Shown here: one piece after another, positions 7,492 to 16,432 of the stretch | Numbering within the stretch: position 1 is the first letter of the stretch | Layout of the letters: every line of letters starts with the position of its first letter | Virus record (IMG/VR): IMGVR_UViG_3300027944_000097 | DNA: 39,197 nt | Strand: one strand, 5' to 3' | DNA from: a virus | Position numbers and translations under genes: made by a program | The notes under the pieces: generated by a model | Database searches by the model: none | Told to the model about the DNA's origin: nothing | Seen by the model: only the letters and a program-made list of their open reading frames with translations

Positions 7492-8691
7492 TTACCCAAC
7501 CACTCCTCCAACATCCATAATCTTAAGCGAGGCCGAAAATTTCCGAGTAGTAACAATCGACGGATCCTGAAGAGCAATAACTAGGCGCTGGCTACCCACC
7601 ACTACAAATGAAGGAGAAGAAAAATTACCGCCACTGACCAGCTCGGTGACATCTCCATTCAATAGATCTTTAATTACTATTCCACCAGTAGCCGGGGAGT
7701 ATACAGCGCTCCGCCCTGCATCAGCTAACGCCGCCCCGCCTGCGTAGGTGTGCACAGCCACGTCAGCAATGCTTATGTTGGAAAGGCAATAGCCATTCTC
7801 GACATCGACCACTACCACCCTGCTCAATCCAAGCCTCCCGCCTTCACGCATTTCCGTATACGAAACCGCTACTGTTTTTTTTGAGATCCATGCCACTTCG
7901 AATGGAACTGTATCTACCAAGCTCGCACTACCCAACTCAATGGGGAATTCCGTTTTGGTCTTAAACGCATCGGAGGTTACTACAACAGTCAGACCAAGAT
8001 GGCGCTTTTCAGCAGCTGAGTAGATGGCATAAGCCATTGCGCATCGGCCAGTCGAAGATAGGGATAACGGCGTTGAATAAGGAAAAGTCCCAGGACCGCG
8101 CCCCGCAATTTGTATAGCGTCACTCCAGCTATCTCCACCATCATCAGATACCCTAGCGACAACCTTGCGCCATTCGCCGGATGAGTACCTGCTAGCATTC
8201 TCTTGAAGCGTGTGCATCAACACTATTTTTCCGTCGTGGAGGGCGGACAACGATGCGTATGTTGATCGACCACCGTCAATTACACGAGAGGCGGCCCATT
8301 TACCTACCAACCCGGGCTGAGCAGTCCGTGCAAAATATAGGGGCGATGAATGATTGCTAAAACAAGCAATCACATGACCAGCATATTTTCCTGACGGCAC
8401 ACGCACCAGTGAGGGCGATCCATGGTCGCTAGCGCCTTCAAATTTATGCAACTTCACTGTTCTACCGACCAGCAGTTGATTATTTATTTCAGACACCAAT
8501 ACGTCGCCGGAGGAATTTATATAACCAATACAGAACCCCCCATTGACTTCAGCAACAGCCGGCCGGTTGTACCACAGGCTATACGCGTTATTAATGATAA
8601 GTGGCCGAGGCGGCATATAACGTTGAACGAGAGGGATAGAAGTAAAAGCCGCGATAATCCCTGTCGAAATCAGAAAACCCCTACGATTCAT
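7492..8691 (-). CDS. Tat-signal-bearing BNR/Asp-box (sialidase-fold-like) exported protein
   Basis: The N-terminus MNRRGFLISTGIIAAFTS fits a twin-arginine signal (RRxFL plus a hydrophobic stretch). There is one clear Asp-box, SDDGGDSW. The protein is beta-rich. ATG at 8691 is preferred over the track's TTG at 8694. The gene lies at the distal end of the late/lysis transcription unit. Confidence 0.45.
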   Translation of the reverse strand: MNRRGFLISTGIIAAFTSIPLVQRYMPPRPLIINNAYSLWYNRPAVAEVNGGFCIGYINSSGDVLVSEINNQLLVGRTVKLHKFEGASDHGSPSLVRVPSGKYAGHVIACFSNHSSPLYFARTAQPGLVGKWAASRVIDGGRSTYASLSALHDGKIVLMHTLQENASRYSSGEWRKVVARVSDDGGDSWSDAIQIAGRGPGTFPYSTPLSLSSTGRCAMAYAIYSAAEKRHLGLTVVVTSDAFKTKTEFPIELGSASLVDTVPFEVAWISKKTVAVSYTEMREGGRLGLSRVVVVDVENGYCLSNISIADVAVHTYAGGAALADAGRSAVYSPATGGIVIKDLLNGDVTELVSGGNFSSPSFVVVGSQRLVIALQDPSIVTTRKFSASLKIMDVGGVVG

Positions 8692-8762
8692 CAACTCTAC
8701 TCGCCCACTTGAAAATCTGGATTATGACACCTCCCGCACCGCCAACCACAGCTTTGCTTGGG

Positions 8763-9272
8763 TCATTTTCCTCCAATCACTGCATGGACATAGGCTTGGC
8801 AGGCCTTTAGAGCTATCAGCCCCCGATCGCCGGCGTCGGTGATGGCGACAATTCTTTGAGCATGCGCTGGGTCAAGTTGGGCTCGACGGGCTCCATGAAC
8901 CACGCCGCCGGCGCCGGCGGTGGTAGACACTGGGCTGCAACTGGCTGAATCCTCGAGGAGGACTGACAGCCGGACATCAGCAGTAGCGAGGCGATCACGT
9001 AGGCGATCCTGATCACGTTGGGCATCGGTAAGGGCTCGGTAGTGGGTTTGGTCGCTGGCCGTCAGTCGCTGTTCCAGGGCCAGTCGTTTGGCCTGCTCGG
9101 CCTTGGCCTGGTTGGCGGCCGCGCTGCTGATACTGTCCAGGTCGGTTCGGTGCAGGTTGGCCTGCTCCGCCAAACGCACGCCGTAGCGCCAGTCCTGGAC
9201 CTTCCATGTCGCGCTCATGGTGACGACAACGGCTAGGCCCGCTATCAAAAGCTTCACGGTTCCGGGCGTCAT
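8763..9272 (-). CDS. Rz-like i-spanin
   Basis: N-terminal transmembrane segment (LLIAGLAVVVTMSA) followed by a long charged coiled coil. The start overlaps the endolysin stop (ATGA). It contains an embedded lipoprotein ORF in another frame. Confidence 0.8.
   Translation of the reverse strand: MTPGTVKLLIAGLAVVVTMSATWKVQDWRYGVRLAEQANLHRTDLDSISSAAANQAKAEQAKRLALEQRLTASDQTHYRALTDAQRDQDRLRDRLATADVRLSVLLEDSASCSPVSTTAGAGGVVHGARRAQLDPAHAQRIVAITDAGDRGLIALKACQAYVHAVIGGK
8816..9025 (-). CDS. Rz1-like o-spanin (lipoprotein) embedded within Rz
   Basis: 69 aa with a signal peptide and lipobox (ASLLLMSGC). The mature part is proline-rich (CLPPPAPAAW). The ORF lies entirely inside the Rz ORF in a different frame, which is the classic embedded spanin architecture. 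Confidence 0.75.
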   Translation of the reverse strand: MPNVIRIAYVIASLLLMSGCQSSSRIQPVAAQCLPPPAPAAWFMEPVEPNLTQRMLKELSPSPTPAIGG

Positions 9273-9802
9273 GCCAGCACCTCAAGCGCCCTAGCGTATA
9301 GCTTTCGCCGATCTTCAGCGCCGTTCTGGCCGCCGTTGATCCTATGGGTGATCTTGTCGAACTCACCGGTGTCCGCCAAGCTGTTCAACCCGCGAGTTGA
9401 CCAGAACCACGCCGCCGACTTCGCGGCCCATTCTGGCTGCTCCAGCAGCTCAGGCCGGCCCAGTAGATTCAGGCCCAGGGCCTCGCCACACTCGGCGTAG
9501 TTGGCCCGCCCGGTGATTTGGATCAGGCCTCGCCCAAGGAACTTGAAGCCGTCACCCGCCAAGGTATTGCCGAGGTCTGCCCGGCCTTCGTAACGACTCT
9601 GGGCTGGCGTGGGCCCCCAAAGTTCGCGGGCGTAGCGCAACTGACCGGACTCATGACCAACCTGGGCGATGAAGGCGGCCACACGCTTGAGGCCAATGAT
9701 CTGGTAATGGCCCATAGATGTGTTGAGGGCAGGCGCAAAAACACGGGCTTTAACACCGGCGTTCGGGAGGATGAACAAAAGCTGTTGCACGGTGACAGGC
9801 AT
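9269..9802 (-). CDS. Endolysin, glycoside hydrolase family 19 (chitinase-like lysozyme)
   Basis: The segment AAFIAQVGHESGQLRYARELWG...YEGRADLGNT..GDG.KF.GRGLIQITGRANY is the GH19 core. The ATG at 9802 has ggagaaacaagt upstream; the track start is 9820. Confidence 0.85.
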   Translation of the reverse strand: MPVTVQQLLFILPNAGVKARVFAPALNTSMGHYQIIGLKRVAAFIAQVGHESGQLRYARELWGPTPAQSRYEGRADLGNTLAGDGFKFLGRGLIQITGRANYAECGEALGLNLLGRPELLEQPEWAAKSAAWFWSTRGLNSLADTGEFDKITHRINGGQNGAEDRRKLYARALEVLA

Positions 9803-9817
9803 ACTTGTTTCTCCGGA

Positions 9818-9840
9818 CAAAAAAAATCCGCTTTAGCGGA
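9818..9840 (-). terminator. Intrinsic terminator inside the late operon, just upstream of the endolysin RBS
   Basis: The minus strand reads tccgc-taaa-gcgga followed by tttttttt (plus strand aaaaaaaatccgctttagcgga). Confidence 0.65.
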
Positions 9841-9869
9841 CTTTGGTGACATCGTTGGCGCTATTCGGA

Positions 9870-10214
9870 TCATCGGGGCATTGGATAGCGCAGCTTTATT
9901 TCTGCAACCTTCGCCATCCAGACCGAATAATCCACTTCGGTTCCGGCTACCATCGCGTCGTATTCGGCCTCGTTCTTTAGCGGATCCGACTCATCGCGGT
10001 ACGCTGCCTGGCGCAGCGCTTGAATCCGCTCCGCGCTCATGGGCTCGACGATTGGCGCAACGAAGTCTGCCCCGTCATAGACCCAACCCTGCTGCACCGC
10101 AGGGCTGACTGGCAGCCACACCAGCGATGGATGGAACCTTCCATCTGGATCGTCGTTCGTTAGCTCAACCACACGCCCCTCAGCCACCCGAGCCCAAACT
10201 GATTTGCTCACCAT
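9870..10214 (-). CDS. Tail fibre assembly/chaperone-like protein
   Basis: 114 aa, located immediately 3' of the fibre genes and overlapping the upstream stop. The WVYDGADFVAP-type segment is common in fibre assembly proteins. Confidence 0.5.
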   Translation of the reverse strand: MVSKSVWARVAEGRVVELTNDDPDGRFHPSLVWLPVSPAVQQGWVYDGADFVAPIVEPMSAERIQALRQAAYRDESDPLKNEAEYDAMVAGTEVDYSVWMAKVAEIKLRYPMPR

Positions 10215-10966
10215 AAAATCACCACCGCACCAGGTGCCCCGCTTCCGCCGTTAAAAGTCGCCCGCGCACCGGCACCACCGCCACCCGGAACAGTCGAGGT
10301 GTTGCTATTACCGTCTGCACGATATGCGCGTGGCCCGCCACCACCACCGGTTCCGCCTTCTATACCTGAAGCGAAACCGCCAGCACTCCCACCCATATTG
10401 AGCGTGCCACCGAAGCCGATTCCGCCGCCGCCAGCAAGGTTCAACTGCCCACCTTCACCGCCGGTTGCGCTACAGAAGCTGCCGAAAGAAGACGATCCAC
10501 CATCAGTGCCTGCACCCTCCGAAACGGAGCGCCCGATACCGGCAGAGCCGACGGTTACACTCACTGAGGCAACCGCAGAAACATCACACAGCTCGACAAC
10601 TACACCGCCACCGCCGCCACCACCACTGCCGACACCCGGGGTATCCGATCGCCCCGCGCCGCCACCACCGCCAATTACGATTACGAAACAGCGAGTAGTG
10701 CCGGATGGCTTTGCCCAGGTACTGACGCCAGCCGTCAAATACACCTGTGAGTTCCGATAACCGCCGAACGCCCGCAATGTGTTTGCAAGCTGATTGAAAT
10801 CCCCCTTTACCAGAGGGATCCCCGCGGCCTCAATTGCCTTCGCAACGTTCTCCTGAAGGTCATTCAGCCATTCCGCTGTAACTACGGTTGCCGGTACTCC
10901 CCCGGCTGGACTTCCGTTTGTGAATTTCTTATCGACCGTAGCCGACGGGCTATCGATTCTGTGCAT
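10208..10966 (-). CDS. Tail fibre protein with a glycine-rich C-terminal domain
   Basis: The N-terminus MHRIDSPSATVDKKFTNGSPAGGVPATVVTAEWLNDLQENV is a conserved prophage tail-fibre N-terminus. The C-terminal half consists of GGGG-rich repeats. Confidence 0.65.
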   Translation of the reverse strand: MHRIDSPSATVDKKFTNGSPAGGVPATVVTAEWLNDLQENVAKAIEAAGIPLVKGDFNQLANTLRAFGGYRNSQVYLTAGVSTWAKPSGTTRCFVIVIGGGGGAGRSDTPGVGSGGGGGGGVVVELCDVSAVASVSVTVGSAGIGRSVSEGAGTDGGSSSFGSFCSATGGEGGQLNLAGGGGIGFGGTLNMGGSAGGFASGIEGGTGGGGGPRAYRADGNSNTSTVPGGGGAGARATFNGGSGAPGAVVILW

Positions 10967-10975
10967 TCTGCATTC

Positions 10976-12715
10976 TCACTGTGCGATGAGCTGCCCAATG
11001 GCCGTATAGCCTTGGACGTTCGGGTGAATACCGTCTGATTGCGTTAAGCCCGGGGACATGAAGTCATCCCCAATTTTGACCGGCTGCATGATGTCGATCG
11101 CAGCGACGACCCCAGTAAGCGTTGGCATCTGGGATGTCCACCACGATCGCATGTAGTTGCGCAGGTCCGGGCCTGGCTGGTTGTCCGCACCGGCCTGTGT
11201 TCCGTACATTGCATTCAGCAACACGACCTGACCGCCAGCTGCATTGATCGCATTGATCGTTGCCTGAATGTTCTGCGTGCGAGATGTTTGGCTTACGCCA
11301 AGCGCTTCGTCGTTGCTGCTCGCATGCAGGAACACCACACGGGGTGAGGCTCCCGTCACCTCTGCTATCCGACTCAAGATCTGCGCGCTTGTGTTCCCGC
11401 CAACGCCTTTGTTGACAATCAAGTTATTGCGCAACGCCGGGTAGATCAGCGCATGACGCTGCCACGTACTTTCATAGTCCGTGATCGAAAGCGACGGGTT
11501 AGGGCTAAAGAGCGTCTTCCCTTCGCAGATGCTGTCACCAATAGCAATGATGTTTGGTCGGCATAGGGTGAGATAGTCGAACTCAATCCACGCGCCCGCC
11601 GCCGACCCAGTTGTGGTCAGGACTTGGATATTTGGCGCTGAGAACCAGTCGCAGGCTACCCGTGCGCGGTACAGCCATGAACCATCAGCGCCCCGGGTGT
11701 ACATCGTCAGCGAAAGGAATTTACTATCAAAATGCAGCGCGAACTCCAGCCAGTTGGCTTCATAGTTGAATCCGGACAAAGCGGTCGCGCTGTTGCGAGT
11801 ATCAGCGCCGGTTGTTCCTACCAGAGTGACCTCACCCGGAGCCGCAGCAGAGGTGCCTCCCGAGCCCAACCACACTGCGACCTCTTTCGTTCCGTTAAGT
11901 AACCAGATAACACCCACCGTATCAGCGCTATAGCGAGCACGGGCCTTGCCGTAGAGGATGTAATCCTGCGCAGCAGAAGTAAAACTGATCGCTTTGGAGA
12001 TACTGGAATTTGAGCCTGCAGCAGTTTTCACTTGGCGTAGAACGCTCCCCGCCAGTGTCATGGAGGCGTTACTGGCTGTCCAACCTGCTGTGGCCGTACC
12101 CTCGTCGTTAAATGTCGCATTGTCCCCGGCAATAGCAGGCAGACCACCCGCGTAGCCCGCGCCATAAACCGCCAGCCGCTGTGCGAACCAGGTTGTGCCG
12201 GCGTCTACCGATGTGAAGCGAACCAAGGTGATACTGCCCGCCTCCGGCGAGGCGAGTGATAGCACCCCGGCCGGAAGCCTGACTGATGCAGGTGGCGCCA
12301 CCCATCGTCCACCTACCGCGTCCTGAGTGAAAATCACATTGATCTCGGTTGCCATGCCAGCAACCGCACCGGACAGGTTCAAGGTCGATATCGATGCGTT
12401 GAGCAAGACCCCCCAGTAGCGTCCAATTGAAGCGCTCAGCGTGACTGTGCCGCCCGATATTGCTGCACTGGTGTACTTGTTAAGCTTGGTGTTAGCGGCC
12501 TCCAAAACCGCCACTCGGCCAGTGAGCGCCGGGACACCACCGAGCGATGCCGCGTGCAAACGCTGCCATTCAGCGATGCTTGGAACAGATCCTGATTCCG
12601 TGCTTATGTAAGTGTTCTCGGCGCCATTAGCCACCTGCTTAAATATCTCGCTAGCGCCCTCGGCCTTGAGAGCGGCGGACTCCAACCGATCATTGATGTC
12701 TTCCGTACCACTCAT
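10976..12715 (-). CDS. Tail fibre/tailspike with a C-terminal SGNH (GDSL) hydrolase domain
   Basis: 579 aa. The C-terminal third shows all four SGNH blocks: IIAIGDSICEG (I), NKGVGGNT (II), HASSNDEA (III) and SDGIHPN (V, DxxH). The N-terminal part is Ala/Gly/Ser-rich and fibre-like. Confidence 0.75.
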   Translation of the reverse strand: MSGTEDINDRLESAALKAEGASEIFKQVANGAENTYISTESGSVPSIAEWQRLHAASLGGVPALTGRVAVLEAANTKLNKYTSAAISGGTVTLSASIGRYWGVLLNASISTLNLSGAVAGMATEINVIFTQDAVGGRWVAPPASVRLPAGVLSLASPEAGSITLVRFTSVDAGTTWFAQRLAVYGAGYAGGLPAIAGDNATFNDEGTATAGWTASNASMTLAGSVLRQVKTAAGSNSSISKAISFTSAAQDYILYGKARARYSADTVGVIWLLNGTKEVAVWLGSGGTSAAAPGEVTLVGTTGADTRNSATALSGFNYEANWLEFALHFDSKFLSLTMYTRGADGSWLYRARVACDWFSAPNIQVLTTTGSAAGAWIEFDYLTLCRPNIIAIGDSICEGKTLFSPNPSLSITDYESTWQRHALIYPALRNNLIVNKGVGGNTSAQILSRIAEVTGASPRVVFLHASSNDEALGVSQTSRTQNIQATINAINAAGGQVVLLNAMYGTQAGADNQPGPDLRNYMRSWWTSQMPTLTGVVAAIDIMQPVKIGDDFMSPGLTQSDGIHPNVQGYTAIGQLIAQ

Positions 12716-13395
12716 AACGCCTCCAGGTCATTCGGTAACTCATAGTTCGCTGCAAAGAACAGCCTGTCAGCCGCTGAAAATGTCTGCTCTGCTTCGGGGG
12801 CGCCGTATGAGAAAAGAACGTGGGTGTGTGCCGGCTTCAGTTGATTGAGCTTGCACTCCAGGGAACCATTACCCCAAGAAAGGAGCGGTTCACCGGCGCA
12901 GGATCGACCCGCACGAAAGGAAATAACTGTGGTTTCAGGAGCATTAACCCGCCACGTGAAAATCCAGTCTCCGTTTGTAAGAGGATCCCCTGCTACCGAT
13001 ACCCCAGCACGAAATGGACGGTACTCTGTGATCGTTACTTCAAAACCAAGCGCCTTGGTTATTGCAGTGAAGTAAGCGATTGACTGCCCGCCGGTACCGT
13101 TGATTTTAGAAAGCAATGCATTACGGCGCCCCTGGAGCGTGTCCTCCAGCTTGCCGTTGCACCTATCTGGTAGACCTGCGACACGCTCCCAATCAGGTAG
13201 CAGCTCATTGATGGTGGTCGGCTCCATCTCAGCGAGCAGGTCCAGGCCTCGCCCTTCGATGCGCTCGAACTCCATGGCGAGACCAGCCAAAACTCGATCA
13301 AGTTCAGGGGCAAACTCAGGGGCCCAAGCCGGGCCATGCGGAAGCAGGCTTCTAAGCTGATCAAGGTACTGCTCTGCCGTTCTCCCTAGAGCCAT
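12712..13395 (-). CDS. Mu gp48-like / DUF2313 baseplate-tail protein
   Basis: The N-terminus ..YLDQLRSLLPHGPAWAPE is typical of the YmfQ/DUF2313 family. The gene sits after the baseplate J gene. Confidence 0.65.
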   Translation of the reverse strand: MALGRTAEQYLDQLRSLLPHGPAWAPEFAPELDRVLAGLAMEFERIEGRGLDLLAEMEPTTINELLPDWERVAGLPDRCNGKLEDTLQGRRNALLSKINGTGGQSIAYFTAITKALGFEVTITEYRPFRAGVSVAGDPLTNGDWIFTWRVNAPETTVISFRAGRSCAGEPLLSWGNGSLECKLNQLKPAHTHVLFSYGAPEAEQTFSAADRLFFAANYELPNDLEAL

Positions 13396-14423
13396 GTGAT
13401 GCCCCCAAAAGTCAGCAACTGATTAGGCGCAGCCACCACATCATCGTGGGGAGCAATCAGGTCGTGATCGGTTTCGCCGGAGGAACCGCTGATTGCTTCA
13501 GCGATATGAGTCAGCAGTAGAACACCGCCCAGATCAGCCTCGCGATCGTGCAGATCGATTAACTGCGCCTGTATTGCTGCCCGCACAGCAGTGGTATCGG
13601 GCACTGCATGAATCACATACGGCACCGGCGTATTGACCGGTGCCAGAACGTACAGCTCAGCTGTGACAGGGCGCAGCGGATCGACATAGGCTTTCACCGC
13701 TGCGAGCTGGGCTGGATTTGGCACGGGCTCAGGATCGCCGTCACGCATCACAAAAAGCCCAACAGTGCCAAGGCCAAGGTAATTGGCCCTACACCAAGCA
13801 CGGGTGACCCCAGGCACCTCCAAGGCCCAGGTTTCGTAGTCATCAACCGAGCCGCCATGAGGGGTTACCCGATAGGATCGGATTACCCGGGCACGCAACG
13901 ACTCGATGCTTTCCTTGGCGATTCCGCCTGTAAGCCCAGGTGCCAAAACGGTAAAAGTGTTGGTGACACCAGCCACCGGCTGCACCAGCGTCAGCACCAG
14001 GCCCGCATCGGCGTTGCCGAGGCCGCCAGCATCTACCGCTTCCAGCGCCACGCTATTGGGTCCGGAAACGGCGGTAACATTCGTCGTAACTCGGTAAGTT
14101 CGGCCGTCAGCCGCCTGAAGCACGGTCTCAGCGTCAACCACTGCACCCGCCACCGAAATGAATGACGCCGTTCCTGAAGCGGGTTGCGCCGGTTTCCTCG
14201 GTTGGGCCAGGCGCAACAGCGCGATCCGCTCCAGCGTTTCTTCCTCGGCCCGATCGGGCAGGATCTGGTCGGCGATCCAGTCAAGGTAACCGTATAGACC
14301 ATAGGCGGTGCCAGCCAAGGTGCGAGCGAGCACCTGAGCGTCGGAACGTCGGAGCGAATCGCTGGCAAGATCGCTTTGGGTGCGATCGATCAACACCGGT
14401 AGCGAAGGCGTTTCAAACGGCAT
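13386..14423 (-). CDS. Baseplate J-like protein (Mu gp47 / P2 gpJ family)
   Basis: 345 aa, positioned between the gp46-like and gp48-like genes. The overall pattern is typical of Baseplate_J proteins. Confidence 0.7.
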   Translation of the reverse strand: MPFETPSLPVLIDRTQSDLASDSLRRSDAQVLARTLAGTAYGLYGYLDWIADQILPDRAEEETLERIALLRLAQPRKPAQPASGTASFISVAGAVVDAETVLQAADGRTYRVTTNVTAVSGPNSVALEAVDAGGLGNADAGLVLTLVQPVAGVTNTFTVLAPGLTGGIAKESIESLRARVIRSYRVTPHGGSVDDYETWALEVPGVTRAWCRANYLGLGTVGLFVMRDGDPEPVPNPAQLAAVKAYVDPLRPVTAELYVLAPVNTPVPYVIHAVPDTTAVRAAIQAQLIDLHDREADLGGVLLLTHIAEAISGSSGETDHDLIAPHDDVVAAPNQLLTFGGITWL

Positions 14424-14811
14424 AGATCACCTGCCATGAAGGGGTAGATGGAATTTCCAGGCGCCTGCCATCCTGGATGGTCAGAACCACGCCAAGGTTT
14501 AATCGATTGATGGCGGTCCGAGTGCTGTTGATGGATACGTCCAGGACGTGACCGTCATCGAGCAGCCAGCGCAACGCCTCAGCGGCGTAGAACTCGGCGT
14601 CACGCTGGGTAGCGTCGGTGAGCTTGACTCGCCGCAGCAGCCAAAGGCGCGAGCCAATGCGATCATCTGCAATGGCCGGGTAGCTATCGCCCCACCAACC
14701 ATACAATTGGTCATCGTCCACCGGGTCGTCCGTATCTGCCCGGCGCCAGGTGTAGAGGCTGATCACCACCGCACGAATCAAAGCGGACTCAATGGAAGTG
14801 TAAGTAATCAT
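14413..14811 (-). CDS. Phage GP46 family baseplate protein
   Basis: 132 aa. Contains YGWWGD...GSRLWLLRRVKLT....AE.YA.EALRWLLDDG, which is characteristic of GP46. Confidence 0.6.
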   Translation of the reverse strand: MITYTSIESALIRAVVISLYTWRRADTDDPVDDDQLYGWWGDSYPAIADDRIGSRLWLLRRVKLTDATQRDAEFYAAEALRWLLDDGHVLDVSINSTRTAINRLNLGVVLTIQDGRRLEIPSTPSWQVIYAV

Positions 14812-15317
14812 CAGCCCCCCGCGGCGGGCACACCGCTCTGACCGCTCCCCGGCTGGGTTCCTGTGTGGACGTGGCCGACCTGACTAATTCCGGCGGCCAA
14901 CTGGTCGCCACCCGAAACAATCTTGCCGGTCTGATTGATCACCGGGGTTTCGAAGTTCACCGCCGTCGAGGCCTTGATATTCAGCGTGCCGGTTTCAATA
15001 TCAATGACGCGACCGCGCTTCAAATGGATCTTGTCGCCCTCGTCGGTATAGATTGCCACTTCGCCCGGCGCCATGGACTGAATCCGGTACCGACGGTCAG
15101 CCGCGACCAACACCACGGCGTGGGACCGGTCGCCACCGATAAAAGCCGCCAGCACTTCGGCACCGGCCAGCGGGTTGCTGGTGAAGCCATAAGGCTCGAA
15201 GTGCTCGGCATTGTCCTTCAGCTCCCCGGCGGTCAGCCGCATTTGCAGGGACTGCATTTTCTTCAGGGCGTCGACGAGCACGACAGTGCCGCGGGCCAGC
15301 ATGTTTTTCACGGTCAT
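14811..15317 (-). CDS. Baseplate assembly protein V / spike (Mu gp45-like)
   Basis: The start was reset to the ATG at 15317 (MTVKNMLARG..), which overlaps the upstream stop as ATGA. The protein has a gpV-like OB-fold N-terminus and ends in a Gly-rich tip. Confidence 0.65.
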   Translation of the reverse strand: MTVKNMLARGTVVLVDALKKMQSLQMRLTAGELKDNAEHFEPYGFTSNPLAGAEVLAAFIGGDRSHAVVLVAADRRYRIQSMAPGEVAIYTDEGDKIHLKRGRVIDIETGTLNIKASTAVNFETPVINQTGKIVSGGDQLAAGISQVGHVHTGTQPGSGQSGVPAAGG

Positions 15318-16429
15318 TGTTTTGGCTCGTAGTCGGCAGGAATCAAGTATTCGAAGTTGTCGGCTTTGCCGCCCTTCTTCAACTTCCGGTTCTTGTGCGG
15401 GTCGTGCGGTTCTGGTTCGAAACTGTCTGGCGGACCGACTTCCATTTTCGTAATCATGCCCTCGTCGGTAATGGTGTAAGTCACCCGAGCGATCAGCATC
15501 CATCGGTCAAATCCGATGATCGGATCAATAACCCGCACTAGCGTGTTGTGCTTCCAGAGTGCTCCGTTGGTTTGCCGCCAGCCCTGGACGCTGTAGGTGG
15601 TCGCCAGCGCCTTGCCCATCCGGGTACCGCGCTCCCAGTTGGCCCGGGCTAGCGCAAGCTCGCTGGTCATCTGCCCCGACTCTTGGATGATCAACACCCG
15701 CTTACGGGTCGTCCGGTCATCCGCCAGTACAGCCGAAACCTCGGCAGCCGCCGCCCCAAACTCATCGTCTGTGCCAGAGCGCTGGCCGAGCACTTGGTAT
15801 TCAGAAAACACGCCGGAGAAATCCAGGGACGCGCCGCCGGTGAGGATGTTCTTGCCGACCTCCAAATGATCGAAGGCCCGCCCTTCACTGCCTGGCCGGG
15901 CCAGAACCGCCATTCCTCGCGCATCGTCTGTGGAGAACACCCGAAACAGCGTCAGCAAGCGATCAATAGATTCGAAAGCTGACTCGCCTGGCTCAATCGT
16001 ATGATCGGACAGCTTCGCCCCCTCGGGAATCTCGCTGCGCACGGATATTCCATACGGCGCCGCCAGCGCTTTGACGATGGTGAGCACGCTCTGGTTGTTC
16101 CATTGCCCAGGCTTGTTCACAGCCGCACAGTCCACCAGATCTGCCGTGAGGGAACGCCCGCTGATGGTGGTGGTAATCTGCTGGTGGTCATAACTGATCG
16201 GTGTGGAAAACACCCAGCCCGTCAGCACCAAGTCATCGCCGATTCGCACATGACACTTCGAGCCTTGACGTATGGGCAGCGCAATGTTTTGGCCCGGCCA
16301 CTGCCAGGTGATACTGAGCGTGAACGATCTTGCCTGATCCTCGAGGCCGGCAGTAACTTCAACCGATTTCCAGCCGGAATAGTCCAGACCATCAACCGTG
16401 AGGCTGACGGTATTCTGATCTTCGGTCAT
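15314..16429 (-). CDS. Baseplate hub protein (Mu gp44/gpP, late control D-like)
   Basis: 371 aa, located between the DNA-circularisation-like and gpV-like genes. The N-terminus is VSLTVDGLDYSGWKSVEVT. Confidence 0.6.
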   Translation of the reverse strand: MTEDQNTVSLTVDGLDYSGWKSVEVTAGLEDQARSFTLSITWQWPGQNIALPIRQGSKCHVRIGDDLVLTGWVFSTPISYDHQQITTTISGRSLTADLVDCAAVNKPGQWNNQSVLTIVKALAAPYGISVRSEIPEGAKLSDHTIEPGESAFESIDRLLTLFRVFSTDDARGMAVLARPGSEGRAFDHLEVGKNILTGGASLDFSGVFSEYQVLGQRSGTDDEFGAAAAEVSAVLADDRTTRKRVLIIQESGQMTSELALARANWERGTRMGKALATTYSVQGWRQTNGALWKHNTLVRVIDPIIGFDRWMLIARVTYTITDEGMITKMEVGPPDSFEPEPHDPHKNRKLKKGGKADNFEYLIPADYEPKQ

Positions 16430-16432
16430 GGA

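Noticed and set aside
10299-10760. 153-aa proline-rich plus-strand ORF (PPPPVPPS...).
   Set aside because: It is the mirror image of the glycine-rich (GGN codons) tail-fibre domain on the minus strand. It has no independent start context.
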